From Calditrichales bacterium (GTDB lineage: Bacteria; Calditrichota; Calditrichia; Calditrichales; J004), in assembly GCA_965267575.1 (NCBI GenBank), contig OZ254086.1, positions 3,328,001-3,392,000 of the forward strand: a DNA stretch of 64,000 nucleotides, given 5' to 3'. Below the pieces are notes generated by a model, which did no database searches, was not told the DNA's origin, and was given only the letters and a program-made list of their open reading frames with translations. Shown piece after piece: positions 62,622 through 64,000 of the stretch (position 1 is the first letter of the stretch; each line of letters begins with the position of its first letter). Both the position numbers and the translations under genes were made by a program.

Positions 62622-62712
62622 ATGCCAAATCCGTTTATTTTACTTAAGTTTTTTGCTAACTACTGTCACCGCCTGATATTCCGATTTTGTTCATTTTAGC
62701 TTCTCATCCAGG

Positions 62713-63063
62713 CTAAAACAGCTTGCTTTTAAAAATAAAGAATACGGCCCCAATAATGCAAAGCCCTGCCCATAAATAATCGAGTTTAATTGGCTCTTTC
62801 ATATATAGAATGGAAAAGGGTATGAAAACACTCAGCGTTATAACTTCCTGGATTATTTTAAGTTGGCCCAGATTTAACGCTGTGTAGCCGATGCGGTTAG
62901 CAGGTACCTGCAGCATATATTCGAAAAGTGCTATGGCCCAGCTTATGAGAGCGGCAATAAACCATGGTTTGCCGTTGAGTTCTTTCAAATGCGCGTACCA
63001 GGCAAAGGTCATAAACACGTTACTGCACAGCAGCAGGCCCATAAAAACGAAAACAGGTTTCAT
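62713..63063 (-). CDS. Small DMT-superfamily protein
   Basis: SNVFMTFAWYAHL, SWAIALFEY.LQVPANRIG, QLKIIQEVITL. Confidence 0.88.
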   Translation of the reverse strand: MKPVFVFMGLLLCSNVFMTFAWYAHLKELNGKPWFIAALISWAIALFEYMLQVPANRIGYTALNLGQLKIIQEVITLSVFIPFSILYMKEPIKLDYLWAGLCIIGAVFFIFKSKLF

Positions 63064-63172
63064 ATTTCTTTTAACCTCAAAAAATCAAAGCGCGGAATTT
63101 ACATTCGCCACGATGCCGGTAAAAGAAATATTTATAGTTTTTTTCAAGCCCGCTGTCTGAGGGCCGGATGTC

Positions 63173-63616
63173 TTATTTGAAATACCTGGGATAGAGCGCC
63201 AAAAGCGTATCTACTTTACGGGCCTGTTCTTCCTGCCCCTGCTGAGACAGAGCTTCCACAGCCGGGATAAAGGCAGTCAGATAAGTATGCAGTTCATCGT
63301 GCGCCGCGCCCTGCATAGTGCATCCGGCAATAAGCGAATCCACGTCACGCCGAAGATCTGCACCGGTCATTTTAAGCTCGTTGGCAGGAAGCGCGTCCGG
63401 ATTAATGGATTTCCATCTTTCGCTCATTTGCGCAAACATGGCCCGGGTATGGTCGTCCATTTGCCACTTTTCGGTTCCGTTTAATGTGAGACCGAAGTTA
63501 CTGTCTGCGATGGCGGACGCGTCATGCGAATGTGTATGTTCTTCTTTGTGTCCGCCACAGGCAACCACGAAAAACAACATGCTGATTGCAAAAATTAAAT
63601 TGAAGATCGTTTTCAT
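63173..63616 (-). CDS. His-rich lipoprotein of unknown function
   Basis: Lipobox VVA-C; GHKEEHTHSHD; LNGTEKW; CTMQGAAHDELH. Confidence 0.78.
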   Translation of the reverse strand: MKTIFNLIFAISMLFFVVACGGHKEEHTHSHDASAIADSNFGLTLNGTEKWQMDDHTRAMFAQMSERWKSINPDALPANELKMTGADLRRDVDSLIAGCTMQGAAHDELHTYLTAFIPAVEALSQQGQEEQARKVDTLLALYPRYFK

Positions 63617-63716
63617 TTCATAACTCCCTGGTATTAATAAATCGCTCCTAAGCTACAAAACAAAACGAAAAAGATATATAAAAAATCAGATACGCGGAAA
63701 TTAATAATGAGGAATT

Positions 63717-63932
63717 TTATTCCTGTTGCCCGCCGTCCAGCGGCTTTTTGATTAATATTGCGAACAGCGTGCCTGCCAGCAAGCCCAGCCCAGACCCGAA
63801 GGTAATTCCCATCGCAATCCAAAATCCTACGTCACCTGTGATGGCACCAACAACCGCGCCAAGTGTTGTTCCAAATGCGCTGCCCGCGGCAAGACCCAAT
63901 CCTATTGGTAACGCTTTTCTGTCTTCGCTCAT
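63717..63932 (-). CDS. Small Gly-rich membrane protein
   Basis: 71 aa with GxxxG repeats across two hydrophobic segments; GGAAGG upstream. Confidence 0.6.
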   Translation of the reverse strand: MSEDRKALPIGLGLAAGSAFGTTLGAVVGAITGDVGFWIAMGITFGSGLGLLAGTLFAILIKKPLDGGQQE

Positions 63933-64000
63933 AATAATCCTTCCGGTTTACTTTAAGATTTCCAGCTTTTAAATAGGTGATTGATGGAAACAGTTAACAA

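Noticed and set aside
63634..63822. 62-aa minus-strand ORF
   Set aside because: Overlaps the Gly-rich membrane ORF in another frame and has no clear SD.

Overview
Bacterial chromosomal window with dense coding, mostly housekeeping genes. Gene content and the PNPFN-type C-terminal sorting domains suggest an FCB-related lineage such as Calditrichota; this is an inference. In order it holds: a 5'-truncated formiminotransferase-cyclodeaminase, an NhaC-family transporter, leucine dehydrogenase, a signalling block (Hpt, comF, fliA, REC-kinase, and an unannotated FlgM-like small ORF), a TonB receptor, ccmABCDEF, a long core run (truA, tal, htrA-like, purB, purC, psd, pssA, tatA, gatAB, iaaA, UbiA/DGGGPS-like, maf, yebC-ruvCAB-queA, gltX, glnS, ddl, cysS), carAB, a PduO-type adenosyltransferase, two tandem secreted endonuclease-I proteins, a geranylgeranyl reductase-family gene, an MFP with two ABC permeases, a Tat-DUF362 operon, a serine hydrolase, pirin and several small membrane proteins. 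I saw no rRNA, tRNA, CRISPR array or mobile element. The best novelty candidate is a regulatory circuit that the ORF track does not show. Two near-identical sigma54-type promoters (18/21 nt) lie upstream of (i) an orphan fliA and (ii) a ~120-nt putative sRNA between cysS and carB, which has a perfect 16-bp closing stem and a loop of anti-Shine-Dalgarno/anti-AUG motifs. A sigma28-type promoter precedes a 57-aa FlgM-like ORF. Other observations: an ECF-type promoter motif shared by the efflux and serine-hydrolase genes, a C2H2-like zinc-finger insertion in FTCD, and a signal-peptide protein carrying a BlaI-like winged helix.
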